64,000 bases of DNA, from contig JAUSAZ010000112.1 in assembly GCA_030652255.1 (NCBI GenBank), forward strand, positions 69,907 to 133,906, given 5' to 3'. Under the pieces are notes generated by a model. The model saw only the letters and a program-made list of their open reading frames with translations, did not search any database and was not told where the DNA came from. Positions 56,613-64,000 of the stretch are shown piece after piece (positions within the stretch are counted from its first letter, which is position 1; the number at the start of each line of letters is the position of its first letter). Position numbers and translations under genes: made by a program. The stretch is from Myxococcales bacterium. GTDB lineage: Bacteria > Myxococcota_A > Polyangia > Polyangiales > Ga0077539.

Positions 56613-57254
56613 ATGACCAGCTCCCTCCTCGACGGCCACGGCCTCTTCCAGCGCCGGTACTTCCACGAGCGCGAGTACCTCCGCAACCTCGCCCTCGCCG
56701 ACCAGCGCCCGAGCGCCCTCTTCATCGGCTGCTCGGACTCCCGCGTGGTGCCCGAGTACCTCACCAGCGCGGGCTTCGGCGAGCTCTTCGTGCTGCGCAA
56801 CATCGCGAACTTCGTCCCCACCCTCGACCACGCCGACGCCAGCGTCGGGGCCGCGGTCGACTACGCCCTCGGGTCGCTCGGCGTGCCCGACATCATCGTG
56901 TGCGGCCACTACGGCTGCGGCGGCGTGAAGGCCGCCCTCGACGACCTCGAGCCCCTGCGCGAGAGGCACCCGTCGCTGCACGAGTGGCTGGAGGGCGTCG
57001 CGCCCGCCGCCCGCCGCGGCCGCGCCGTGAGCGCCGACCCCGACCCCGACGCCCCGTGGCGCCGCGGCGTCGAGGAGAACGTCATCCAGGCCCTCGAGAA
57101 CCTCATCACCTACGACGTGGTGCGCGAGAAGCTCGAGTCCGGCGCCGTGCACCTCCACGCCTGGATCTACGACCTCTACCAGACCCGCATCCGCGTCCTC
57201 GACGTGGAGACCGGCGGCTTCGTGGACGCCAGCGAGATCCAGCGGAATGGCTGA
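56613..57254 (+). CDS. beta-class carbonic anhydrase
   Basis: The zinc-ligand motifs are FIGCSDSRV and VCGHYGCGG. Confidence 0.92.
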   Translation: MTSSLLDGHGLFQRRYFHEREYLRNLALADQRPSALFIGCSDSRVVPEYLTSAGFGELFVLRNIANFVPTLDHADASVGAAVDYALGSLGVPDIIVCGHYGCGGVKAALDDLEPLRERHPSLHEWLEGVAPAARRGRAVSADPDPDAPWRRGVEENVIQALENLITYDVVREKLESGAVHLHAWIYDLYQTRIRVLDVETGGFVDASEIQRNG

Positions 57255-57774
57255 AGGCAACGCGTTCGAGACGTTCGCCGCGGGCGACGCCGCCCGCTAC
57301 CGGACGCTCGCGCGGCTCTGGGCGGCCAGCGTCACCGTGGTCACCGTGCGCCCCATCGACCTCGCGCGCCCCGACGACGGCTTCACCGCCACGGCCTTCC
57401 TCACCGTGTCCATCGCCCCCCCCATCGTGCTGGTGTCGGCCACCAACGCCTCGAGCGCCGCCGCCATGATGCGCGACGCCGGGGCCTTCGCGGTCAACCT
57501 CCTGGCCCGCGACCAGCGCCCCCTCGCCGACGCCTTCGCGCAGCCCCACGAGCACCGCAGCTTCGTCTGGAGCGACCTCCCCGTCGTGCGCGACCACGCC
57601 GGCGTCGCGCTCCTCGCGGGCTCCCTCGGGGCCTTCTCCGCCACCGTGCGCAGCTTCGTCGACGCGGGCGACCACACCCTGGTGCTCGGCGACGTCACGG
57701 CCCTGCACCTCGGCCCCGCGGGCGAGGCCCTCGTCTACCACGACCGCGCCTACGGCTCGGTCGACCCGCTGTAG
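57247..57774 (+). CDS. flavin reductase-like (FMN-binding split-barrel) protein
   Basis: 175 aa. ASVTVVTV...GFTATAFLTVSIAPPIVLVS...AFAVNLL is typical of the Flavin_Reduct family. It overlaps the carbonic anhydrase gene by 8 nt. Confidence 0.8.
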   Translation: MAEGNAFETFAAGDAARYRTLARLWAASVTVVTVRPIDLARPDDGFTATAFLTVSIAPPIVLVSATNASSAAAMMRDAGAFAVNLLARDQRPLADAFAQPHEHRSFVWSDLPVVRDHAGVALLAGSLGAFSATVRSFVDAGDHTLVLGDVTALHLGPAGEALVYHDRAYGSVDPL

Positions 57775-57778
57775 GCAC

Positions 57779-58858
57779 TCAGCCCGAGAGCTCGCCCATC
57801 CCCGGCGCGCCCGCGCAGAGGGTCATCGCGAACTCCTCCAGCACGCGGAAATCCCCCACCGGGCGCGCGCCCATGGCCGAGCCCTTGGAGCCCTTGAGCG
57901 CCGCGTCCGTCGCCGCCAGCACCCGCAGCGCGCGGTGCACCTGCGGCACCGTCCACCGCCGCGCCGCGCTGGCCAGCCAGCCCGGCGGCTTGCCGTGCAT
58001 GTACACGGCCTTCGACAGGTTGACCTCGGGGTTGATCGACAGCATCTGCTTGGCCCGCGCGAGCTGCCGCAGCGAGTAGCCCAGCGAGCCGAGGATCATC
58101 AGCGCCTCGCCCCGCTGCGTGCGCAGCTGCGCGATGTTGGCGAGCGCCGTCGGCAGGTCGCGCATCAGGATGGCGTCGGACAGGTCGAAGCTCTCGATCT
58201 CGCGCACCGGCGTGACCAGCGCGTCGACCGCGGCGAGGGTGACGGGCGCGCCGGCGGTGTACAGCGACAGCCGCTCCAGGGCGTCGGAGAGCATGCCCAG
58301 CTCCGGGCCGATCCAGGCCACGAGGCGCTCGACCACGCCGCTCTCGGTGGTGATCTTGCGGGCGCGCAGCTCGGCGTTGATCCACTGGGTGAGCCACGGG
58401 TCGACGTCGCGCTCGTCGGTGGGCACGCTGCACGTCACCAGCCAGCCGTGCTTCTTGGCCTCGTTGACCCAGGTGCGCCGCGCGTCGAACTTCGTCGCCA
58501 CCAGCAGCAGCACCGTCGTCGGCTCCGGCGACGCCAGGTACGCGAAGAACTCCTTCTGGTCCTTGTCGCCGAGCTTCTGGGCCATCTCCTCGGCGGAGCG
58601 CACGGTCACCAGCCGTCGCTTGGCCATCATCGGCAGCGTGCGGCACGCGCCGATGAGGTTGTTGACGCTGACGTTGTCGCCGTCGAAGACGTCCTCCGAG
58701 AGCCCGCGCGGGCCGGTGCCCACCACCGCGGTGCGCACGGCGTTCATGCACCGCGAGACCAGCAGCCACTCGTTGCCGCCCAGCACATAGACCGGCTTGA
58801 TGGTCCCCTTGGACAGCGCCTCGAGGGTGGCCCGCATGTCGTCGCTCACGGGCGACAC
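57779..58858 (-). CDS. holA: DNA polymerase III delta subunit
   Basis: 359 aa. It shows the PVYVLGGNEWLL pattern, then MMAKRRLVTVRSAEE, then a C-terminal helical domain typical of HolA. Confidence 0.8.
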   Translation of the reverse strand: MSPVSDDMRATLEALSKGTIKPVYVLGGNEWLLVSRCMNAVRTAVVGTGPRGLSEDVFDGDNVSVNNLIGACRTLPMMAKRRLVTVRSAEEMAQKLGDKDQKEFFAYLASPEPTTVLLLVATKFDARRTWVNEAKKHGWLVTCSVPTDERDVDPWLTQWINAELRARKITTESGVVERLVAWIGPELGMLSDALERLSLYTAGAPVTLAAVDALVTPVREIESFDLSDAILMRDLPTALANIAQLRTQRGEALMILGSLGYSLRQLARAKQMLSINPEVNLSKAVYMHGKPPGWLASAARRWTVPQVHRALRVLAATDAALKGSKGSAMGARPVGDFRVLEEFAMTLCAGAPGMGELSG

Positions 58859-58893
58859 CCTAGCCCAGGCGCCGCGCGGACTTCACGGATCTG

Positions 58894-59997
58894 TCAGGTC
58901 TCGACCGCGAGGGTCTCCAGGCCCACGACCGCGCCGCAGCGGTTGCGCCCGAGGATGAACACCCGGATCTGCACCGTGCCCACGCGGTACACGGTGAGCC
59001 CCGTGAGCTCGCGGCTGAGCGTCTGCACCAGCTGGCGGAAGCGCGCCGCCCGGTGCTCGCTGGGCAGGTCGCCGTCGTCGTTGACCACCGAGCCGCGCAG
59101 CAGGCGGTCGAGGGTGACGCGCTCGACCGGCGTCGACGAGGGCAGCGAGAGCAGCCGCAGGAGGGTGGAGTTGGCCGGCACCGTGCGCACCCCGGCGGGG
59201 GCGAACCAGGTGAAGGGCGCGTCGGTCTCCGAGGTGAACAGCAGCCGCTCGGTGGCGTGCGCGAAGCTCGCCTGGAGCGCGGCGCCGCACTGCCCCGTCG
59301 GGGTCGGCGGGCCCACGCGCACGAAGGCCTGCGCCGCGCGCAGCACGGGAACCCGCTCGGTGGAGGGGTTGCCCGGCGCCGTGGTGCGCACGCCCGCCAC
59401 GAGCACACCCTCATCGCGCGTCGCCGCGCCGAGGACGGTGTCGCGCGCGGCGTCGGTGAGGGTGAGGCGCGAGAGGTCGACGCCCACCACGGGCAGCGGC
59501 CGCGCGGCGCTGTTGGCCCGCTGGGCGTTGAGGGTGTCGCAGGGGAGGAAGGTGCACCCGGTGCCCGTGGTGGACACCCGCACGACGCTCGCCGAGGGCG
59601 CCGCGTCGGTGGCCGAGCGCCACGCCTCGGTGGCGACGAAGCGGCCGTAGGTGTGGCCGGCGGCCGGGGCGATGCGCCCGCGGTAGACGATCGCGCCGTC
59701 GAGCGAGGTGGCGCCGATGCCGAGCGCGGTGAGGTCGAGCGAGGCGACGTAGCAGCGCGCCGCGGTGGTGCCGTCGACGCAGCGCGCGGACGAGGCGTTG
59801 ACCGGCGACACCCAGTAGCCGCCGCAGATGGGCGACACGCAGCGGCGCGTGTCCTGCGCGGCGGTGAAGTACCCTTCGGCCCGGACGGTGATCTCCTCGG
59901 AGGCGCTCTCGTCCTCGGGCGCGAGCTCGGCGCCGACCTGACAGCCCGCGAGCAGCGACCCGACAACCAGCGAGCGGACGAGCGAGGGGAGTTTCAT
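58894..59997 (-). CDS. lipoprotein with a C-terminal NuiA (nuclease A inhibitor)-like domain
   Basis: The ATG at 59997 gives MKLPSLVRSLVVGSLLAGC (lipobox). The C-terminus LLFTSETDAPFTWF...VYRVGTVQIRVFILGRN..GAVVGLETLAVET resembles NuiA-family sequences from memory. Confidence 0.6.
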   Translation of the reverse strand: MKLPSLVRSLVVGSLLAGCQVGAELAPEDESASEEITVRAEGYFTAAQDTRRCVSPICGGYWVSPVNASSARCVDGTTAARCYVASLDLTALGIGATSLDGAIVYRGRIAPAAGHTYGRFVATEAWRSATDAAPSASVVRVSTTGTGCTFLPCDTLNAQRANSAARPLPVVGVDLSRLTLTDAARDTVLGAATRDEGVLVAGVRTTAPGNPSTERVPVLRAAQAFVRVGPPTPTGQCGAALQASFAHATERLLFTSETDAPFTWFAPAGVRTVPANSTLLRLLSLPSSTPVERVTLDRLLRGSVVNDDGDLPSEHRAARFRQLVQTLSRELTGLTVYRVGTVQIRVFILGRNRCGAVVGLETLAVET

Positions 59998-60070
59998 GGC
60001 GCGCACCATGTACGACATGGGCGTACACGCCGCAAGGGAGGGCCTCGGTGAGCGCTTCTCCGGTCGACCG

Positions 60071-60329
60071 CGACGCCGTCGGTAACCGATCCCCGGCCCG
60101 ACCGCGGTGCCGTCGGCGACCCGAGCCAGACCCCGACCGTGAGGGAGGGTGGAGCGACCGCGCGCCGTCAGCGCGGAACTCCGGCGACGCTCCGGAGGGC
60201 GTCCAACGCGGCCTTCTAGCCGACGCCTGACGGCGTGGGCGGGTACCCCGCCCTCCCTCACGGTCGGGGTCTGGCTCGGGTCGCTCACGGCGCCGCGATC
60301 GAACCGGGGATCGGTCGCTGACCGCCGGG
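60071..60329. repeat. long imperfect inverted repeat (~260 bp) with 34-bp perfect core arms
   Basis: Arm gcgacccgagccagaccccgaccgtgagggaggg (60116-60149) is the exact reverse complement of 60251-60284. The outer 45 bp of each arm still pair at ~70-80%. The 101-bp centre has its own small palindromes. Confidence 0.85.
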
Positions 60330-60391
60330 CGGCCACGGCTACTTCGAGTCTCAGCTCCCTCGATGGGCGCTGCCGCTGGTACAAGCGCGCG

Positions 60392-61393
60392 ATGTCCCTG
60401 CGCCTCACCGCCCGCCTGTGCTCCGCGCTGTTGCTCCTCGGGTGCAGCGCCGACCCTCCGTCGCCCTCCGACGCCGGGACCACGGACGCGGGGATCGTAC
60501 CCGACACGGTCGATGTCCCGATGGTGACAGTCGATGTCCCGATGGTCGCCAATGATGTCCCGATGGAGTCGTGTGGGGTGTGCGCCACCCCGGCCGAGCC
60601 CGAGACGGTGGGTGTCGTCAGCTCATCGGACCTCGATGAGATCTCGGGTATCACAGAGAGCCGCGCACAGCCCGGGGTGTACTTCGTCCACAACGACTCC
60701 GGGGACACCGCGCGCTTCTTCGCCATCGACGGCACCGGGGCGCTCCGCGGAACCTACGTGCTCGATGGCGTGACCGCGGTCGACTGGGAGGACAGCGCGC
60801 TCGGCCCGTGCCCCACCGGGCAATGTCTCTACCTTGGAGACATCGGCGACAACGGCGAGTCGCGCTCGGGCTATGTCGTGTATCGGGTGGCGCAGCCCGT
60901 GGTGGGCGACGGGCCCGCGACGCGGCACACCGTCACCTGGGAACGATTCGCCTTCGTGTATCCGGACGGCGCCCACAACGCAGAGGCGCTCGCGGTGCGC
61001 CCCGACACCGGGGACGTGTATGTGCTCACCAAGGTGAACGCAGGGGCCACGGAGGTGTACCGCTTCCCGCTGCCCTTGAGGGCAGAGGCCACGGCCACGC
61101 TGGTGCGCGTGGGGGCGCTCGCGCTGCCGGGCACCGGGGACCAGCTCGTCACCGGGGCCGACCTGCACCCGTGTGCGCCGCGGCTGCTGGTGCGAACGTA
61201 CACGCGGCTATGGGAGTTCAGCACGGGGGAGGGGGCGCCCTGGGAGGACCTCTTCCGCGCGACCCCAGTGCGGCAGCTGGTGTCCAATGAGACCCAGGGC
61301 GAGTCGGTCGGCTGGCACGCCGACGGGCGGGGCTATGTGACCATCTCCGAGGGGCGCGCGCAGGGGCTGCACGACGCTCGCTGCCCGCGGTAG
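60392..61393 (+). CDS. lipoprotein, YjiK/SdiA-regulated-like beta-propeller
   Basis: The ATG at 60392 gives MSLRLTARLCSALLLLGCS (lipobox). It has VDVPM repeats. DEISGITESRAQPGVYFVHNDSGD...LYLGDIGDNG is YjiK-like. Confidence 0.65.
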   Translation: MSLRLTARLCSALLLLGCSADPPSPSDAGTTDAGIVPDTVDVPMVTVDVPMVANDVPMESCGVCATPAEPETVGVVSSSDLDEISGITESRAQPGVYFVHNDSGDTARFFAIDGTGALRGTYVLDGVTAVDWEDSALGPCPTGQCLYLGDIGDNGESRSGYVVYRVAQPVVGDGPATRHTVTWERFAFVYPDGAHNAEALAVRPDTGDVYVLTKVNAGATEVYRFPLPLRAEATATLVRVGALALPGTGDQLVTGADLHPCAPRLLVRTYTRLWEFSTGEGAPWEDLFRATPVRQLVSNETQGESVGWHADGRGYVTISEGRAQGLHDARCPR

Positions 61394-61559
61394 GGCTCAG
61401 CTCGCCACCAGAGATGAGACGCCTGGTAGCGACCGGCGCCGGGCGGCATCTACGGGATGACCGGGGGCAAGGGCAGGCAGATGGCCGAGGCGGCCTTGTT
61501 CGGGAAGCTGTTGGCCATCGGCTGCGGGAAGGGCACGCGCGGGGGAAGGTGGTCATCAC

Positions 61560-61587
61560 GGTCTGATCCAGTCTCCGGGATCAGACC
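61560..61587 (+). other. 10-bp hairpin in a 310-bp intergenic region
   Basis: ggtctgatcc (61560-61569) pairs with ggatcagacc (61578-61587) around an 8-nt loop. There is no U-tract. Confidence 0.4.
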
Positions 61588-61685
61588 GGGGCCGATATCG
61601 CAAGATCCGTCCCGGCGATGGCGGCTTCGGTCATCCGTTCCGGCGCGTGCGGTCACGGTGCCGTGACGGGAGCTGACGCAGATTC

Positions 61686-61702
61686 GTCCTCGTCAGGAGG
61701 AC
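61686..61702 (+). promoter_or_regulatory. small hairpin sequestering the Shine-Dalgarno sequence
   Basis: gtcctc (61686-61691) pairs with gaggac (61697-61702) around a 5-nt loop. The 3' arm is part of the AGGAGG SD, 4 nt upstream of the ATG at 61706. Confidence 0.3.
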
Positions 61703-61705
61703 ACC

Positions 61706-62305
61706 ATGAAGCACACCCCCCGCGCCCTCGTCGTCACCGCCGCCCTCGCCTTCACCACCATCACCGCCGCCTCCGCGCAGGCCCAGGACCGCTCCCCCAC
61801 GGCGGCCGCAGCGCCCGCCGCGCAGCCCTCGCGGCTGCACCTCGACGTCGAGATCGACCCGACCGCGTACATCCTCCGCGGGTACTCGTTGCACGTCGGC
61901 ATCGGCTGGCGTCGGCTGCGCGTGGACCTCGGCGCCTACGCGATGGCGATGCCGGAGTTCATGCACGGCAACCCCGACTTCGACGTCTCGTTTCACGGCT
62001 TCGGGGTCAAGGCGCAGCTCTTCCCCCTCGCGGAGCAGCGCGGACTCTTCGTCGGCATCGACACCGGCCTCGCGAGGCCGCTCGTGCAGCGCCGCGATAC
62101 GGACCTCGCCCGCAGCGGCCTCCAGGTCAGCGTCGGCGCGCACGTCGGCTGGCGCTTTCCCATCATCGCGGGCCTCTACGTCACCCCATGGATCGGCGTG
62201 AGCTACTCGTTCAACGCCCAGGATGTGACCCTCGCGAACCGCACCTATGCGAACAACCCCATTACGGTGTTCCCCGCGGTGCACATCGGATACCGCTTCA
62301 TGTGA
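61706..62305 (+). CDS. small outer-membrane beta-barrel-like protein
   Basis: 199 aa with signal peptide MKHTPRALVVTAALAFTTITAASAQA. Hydrophobic residues alternate in strand-like patterns. The C-terminus is aromatic (IGYRFM). Confidence 0.55.
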   Translation: MKHTPRALVVTAALAFTTITAASAQAQDRSPTAAAAPAAQPSRLHLDVEIDPTAYILRGYSLHVGIGWRRLRVDLGAYAMAMPEFMHGNPDFDVSFHGFGVKAQLFPLAEQRGLFVGIDTGLARPLVQRRDTDLARSGLQVSVGAHVGWRFPIIAGLYVTPWIGVSYSFNAQDVTLANRTYANNPITVFPAVHIGYRFM

Positions 62306-63326
62306 GGGGCACGCTCGCGCCTCGCCGCGCCTCGGCAGGCGTGCGCCCGGTCCATCGCTTGAACGCTCGGTGGAAGGGGCTCGGCTCAGAGTACCCCAGC
62401 AGGTACGCGACCTCCGCGACGGCGATCTTGGGGTCCGCGAGGTAGCGCAGCGCGAGGTCGCGGCGGAGCGCGTCGACGATCGCATCGAAGCTCTCGCCCT
62501 CGTCCGCGAGCCTGCGCTGGAGGCTCCGCTCGCTCATCCGGAGCTGCGCCGCGACCCGCTTGAGGGTCACGTTCCCCTCGTCGAGCGCCGCCGTGAGCGC
62601 GCGCCGCACGCGGTCCGCGGTCGACGCCGACGGCGGGGGGAGGGCGGCGAGGAGCGACTCCGCGTGGCGCTCGATCAGCCGCGACAGCGCCGCGTCCACC
62701 ACGAGGGGTCGCAGCGACAGCGCGCGGTCGATCTCCAGCGCGTTGGCGGGCATCGAGAAGCGCGGCGCGACGCCGAACACCCGCCGGTGCTCCGCTTCCG
62801 CCTCCGGAGACGCTGGCGGGCTGTGACGAAACTCCACCGCGCGCGGGCGCAGGGGCTCCCCCAGGAGCTGTGTCCCGATCACCACGAGCGACGCGATGGT
62901 GAACTCCGCGGAGTGCCGACACTGCGACGGACCCGTCACCCGAAACCCGTGCTCGATGCGCATCACGTCACCACGATCACGGATCGAGAACACCGCGACG
63001 TCGTGAACGAGCCGGTTGTAGCGCGCGAGGCGCTCCACCGAAGCGCGCAGCGTGGGCGCCGTGCGGACGGCGTAGTCCAGCACGTCGAACGCGCCGGGGC
63101 GCAGCATCTCCGCGGCGTGCAGGCCGAAGGCGTCGTCTCCGGTCTGCCGCACGGCCTCCTCCCAGATCGACGTCTCCTCCGCGAGCGAGATGCGCGCGTC
63201 GGGGTCGAGGCCGCGCGCGGGGTCGAAGCCCGTCGCCTCCCGCATCGCTGCTGGGGCCGCCCCCCGCGCCCCTGCGGCATGAACGATCATCGCGCCGATC
63301 ATTGCGGACATCTCCACGTGGGCCAT
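62298..63326 (-). CDS. AraC-family transcriptional regulator
   Basis: The ATG at 63326. The C-terminal double HTH is LKRVAAQLRMSERSLQRRLADEG...VAEVAYLLGYSEPSPFHRAFKRWTGRTP. The N-terminus is an AraC-type ligand-binding-like domain. Confidence 0.85.
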   Translation of the reverse strand: MAHVEMSAMIGAMIVHAAGARGAAPAAMREATGFDPARGLDPDARISLAEETSIWEEAVRQTGDDAFGLHAAEMLRPGAFDVLDYAVRTAPTLRASVERLARYNRLVHDVAVFSIRDRGDVMRIEHGFRVTGPSQCRHSAEFTIASLVVIGTQLLGEPLRPRAVEFRHSPPASPEAEAEHRRVFGVAPRFSMPANALEIDRALSLRPLVVDAALSRLIERHAESLLAALPPPSASTADRVRRALTAALDEGNVTLKRVAAQLRMSERSLQRRLADEGESFDAIVDALRRDLALRYLADPKIAVAEVAYLLGYSEPSPFHRAFKRWTGRTPAEARRGASVPLT

Positions 63327-63499
63327 CCCATGCTCTCTCTCGAAAACGCCGCCTGCGCGCAAGCGCATCATTGACGAGCAGATGCTGCTCATCCGCGCGT
63401 CTCTCGCCACGGCCGACCGACGCCAGGGCGGCGTCCGGGGCGCATCCGCGAGGGGCCGCGCGGCGCGGCTTCTTCGGATGAGGGATGCTCCGTGATCTC

Positions 63500-63730
63500 G
63501 CGCGAAATCGTGCCACCGAGGGTGCCGGGTCGGCTTTCCTATCCCCCCCCCAAAGGGCTGCAGCAGCGCGTACGCCACCACCAAGGTCAGGTTGGCCCCA
63601 CGGGCCGAGCGCGATGAGCGTGTGGCGCAGGCTCGCGGGGTCGGCGAACTGCCGCCGCGGCCCGGAGCTGCCGAGCGAGCACGAGCGCCGCGACGACCAG
63701 CATCACGAGCCCGATCCGGACGTTTCGCAT
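63500..63730 (-). pseudogene. decayed N-terminal fragment of a TVP38/TMEM64 (DedA-like) membrane protein gene
   Basis: The ATG at 63730 gives MRNVRIGLVMLVVAALVLARQ. The family-typical continuation FADPASLRHTLIALGPWG and then ANLTLVVAYALLQPFGG appears only after two frame changes. The fragment ends at a C9/G9 homopolymer (63543-63551). Confidence 0.35.
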
Positions 63731-63780
63731 CGTCGGGCCGAGCGATGCCACGGATCGGCGCGCCCGCCCAGCGGTCAGTC

Positions 63781-64000
63781 CTTCTCGGCGAGCGCGGGCT
63801 CAGGTGCTCGAAGCCCTGCGCCTCGATGCGGATGCCCACGTCGTCGAGCAGGGCGCGCGACCAGCTCTTCAGCCGACGGTCGCAGGCGTCCATGCTGGTG
63901 CGACCGAGGAGCTCGGTCGAGCACCCTGGGGAAGCTGATGGCGAGGGTTCGCGCGGTGGCGGTGGCGAGGGTCTGGATGCGGCCGGACATGTCGTGGGCG
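63781..64000 (-). pseudogene. possible truncated or frameshifted lysophospholipid acyltransferase (PlsC-like) N-terminal fragment; runs off the window
   Basis: ...ARTLAISFPRVLD reads in one frame. ELLGRTSMDACDRRLKSWSRALLDDVGIRIEAQGFEHL reads in the next. No acyltransferase body follows. Confidence 0.25.

Noticed and set aside
60048-60230. A 60-aa ORF inside the long inverted repeat.
   Set aside because: It has no SD and an R/P/D-rich composition, and it spans one repeat arm and the centre. It is best explained by the repeat itself.
63500-63520. A minus-strand TGGCAC (plus strand gtgcca at 63510-63515) upstream of the AraC gene, considered as a sigma-54 promoter.
   Set aside because: The GC of the putative -12 element is one nucleotide too close. 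The site also lies inside the decayed-gene region.
63327-63893. The N-terminal extension of the AraC ORF (track ORF 62298-63893, 531 aa).
   Set aside because: The extension is R/A/G-rich and unlike AraC N-domains. The AraC-type protein starts plausibly at the ATG at 63326. The extension instead contains out-of-frame fragments of decayed genes.

Overview
This is a very GC-rich bacterial chromosomal segment (by eye roughly 70% or more; not computed). Long 'shadow' ORFs occur in most frames. I therefore chose genes by third-position GC bias, signal peptides and lipoboxes, and recognisable family motifs. No database search was possible, so all family names come from motif recognition, and many starts (GTG/TTG) are provisional.

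The gene content suggests a myxobacterium; this is inference only. It includes AgmX/PglI-type TonB-C-like domains, Glt/Nfs-like TPR proteins, PEGA-domain Ser/Thr kinases, an NtrC-type sigma-54 activator, and many lipobox or Cys-rich lipoproteins. I call about 50 CDSs. I saw no rRNA, tRNA, CRISPR, transposase, integrase or phage genes.

Layout:
- 44-3322: urease genes ureD, ureAB (fused gamma-beta) and ureC.
- 3.2-9.8 kb: envelope and lipoprotein genes.
- 9.8-12.6 kb: a stand-alone chorismate mutase divergent from a long U32-family protein.
- 13.2-17.3 kb: a sigma-54 unit with two good sigma-54 promoter candidates, an NtrC-type activator, and a candidate ~200-nt CU-rich sRNA or attenuator that ends in a clean intrinsic terminator.
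- 17.3-39.0 kb: a ~21.7-kb minus-strand operon resembling the Myxococcus Agl-Glt/Nfs envelope machinery. It has GltC/D/E/F/G-like genes, an extra TPR lipoprotein, a 3378-aa GltI/AgmK-like TPR giant, and then a tandem PTH2-fold protein.
- 39-46 kb: small Cys-rich lipoproteins, yraN, glyQ and a LysR/DoxX pair.
- 46.8-55 kb: two Ser/Thr kinases flanking a membrane-tethered S8 protease and PEGA/membrane proteins.
- 55-58 kb: USP, then bestrophin, beta-carbonic anhydrase and flavin reductase.
- 58-64 kb: holA, lipoproteins, a ~260-bp long inverted repeat (60.07-60.33 kb), an AraC regulator, and decayed gene remnants at the right edge.
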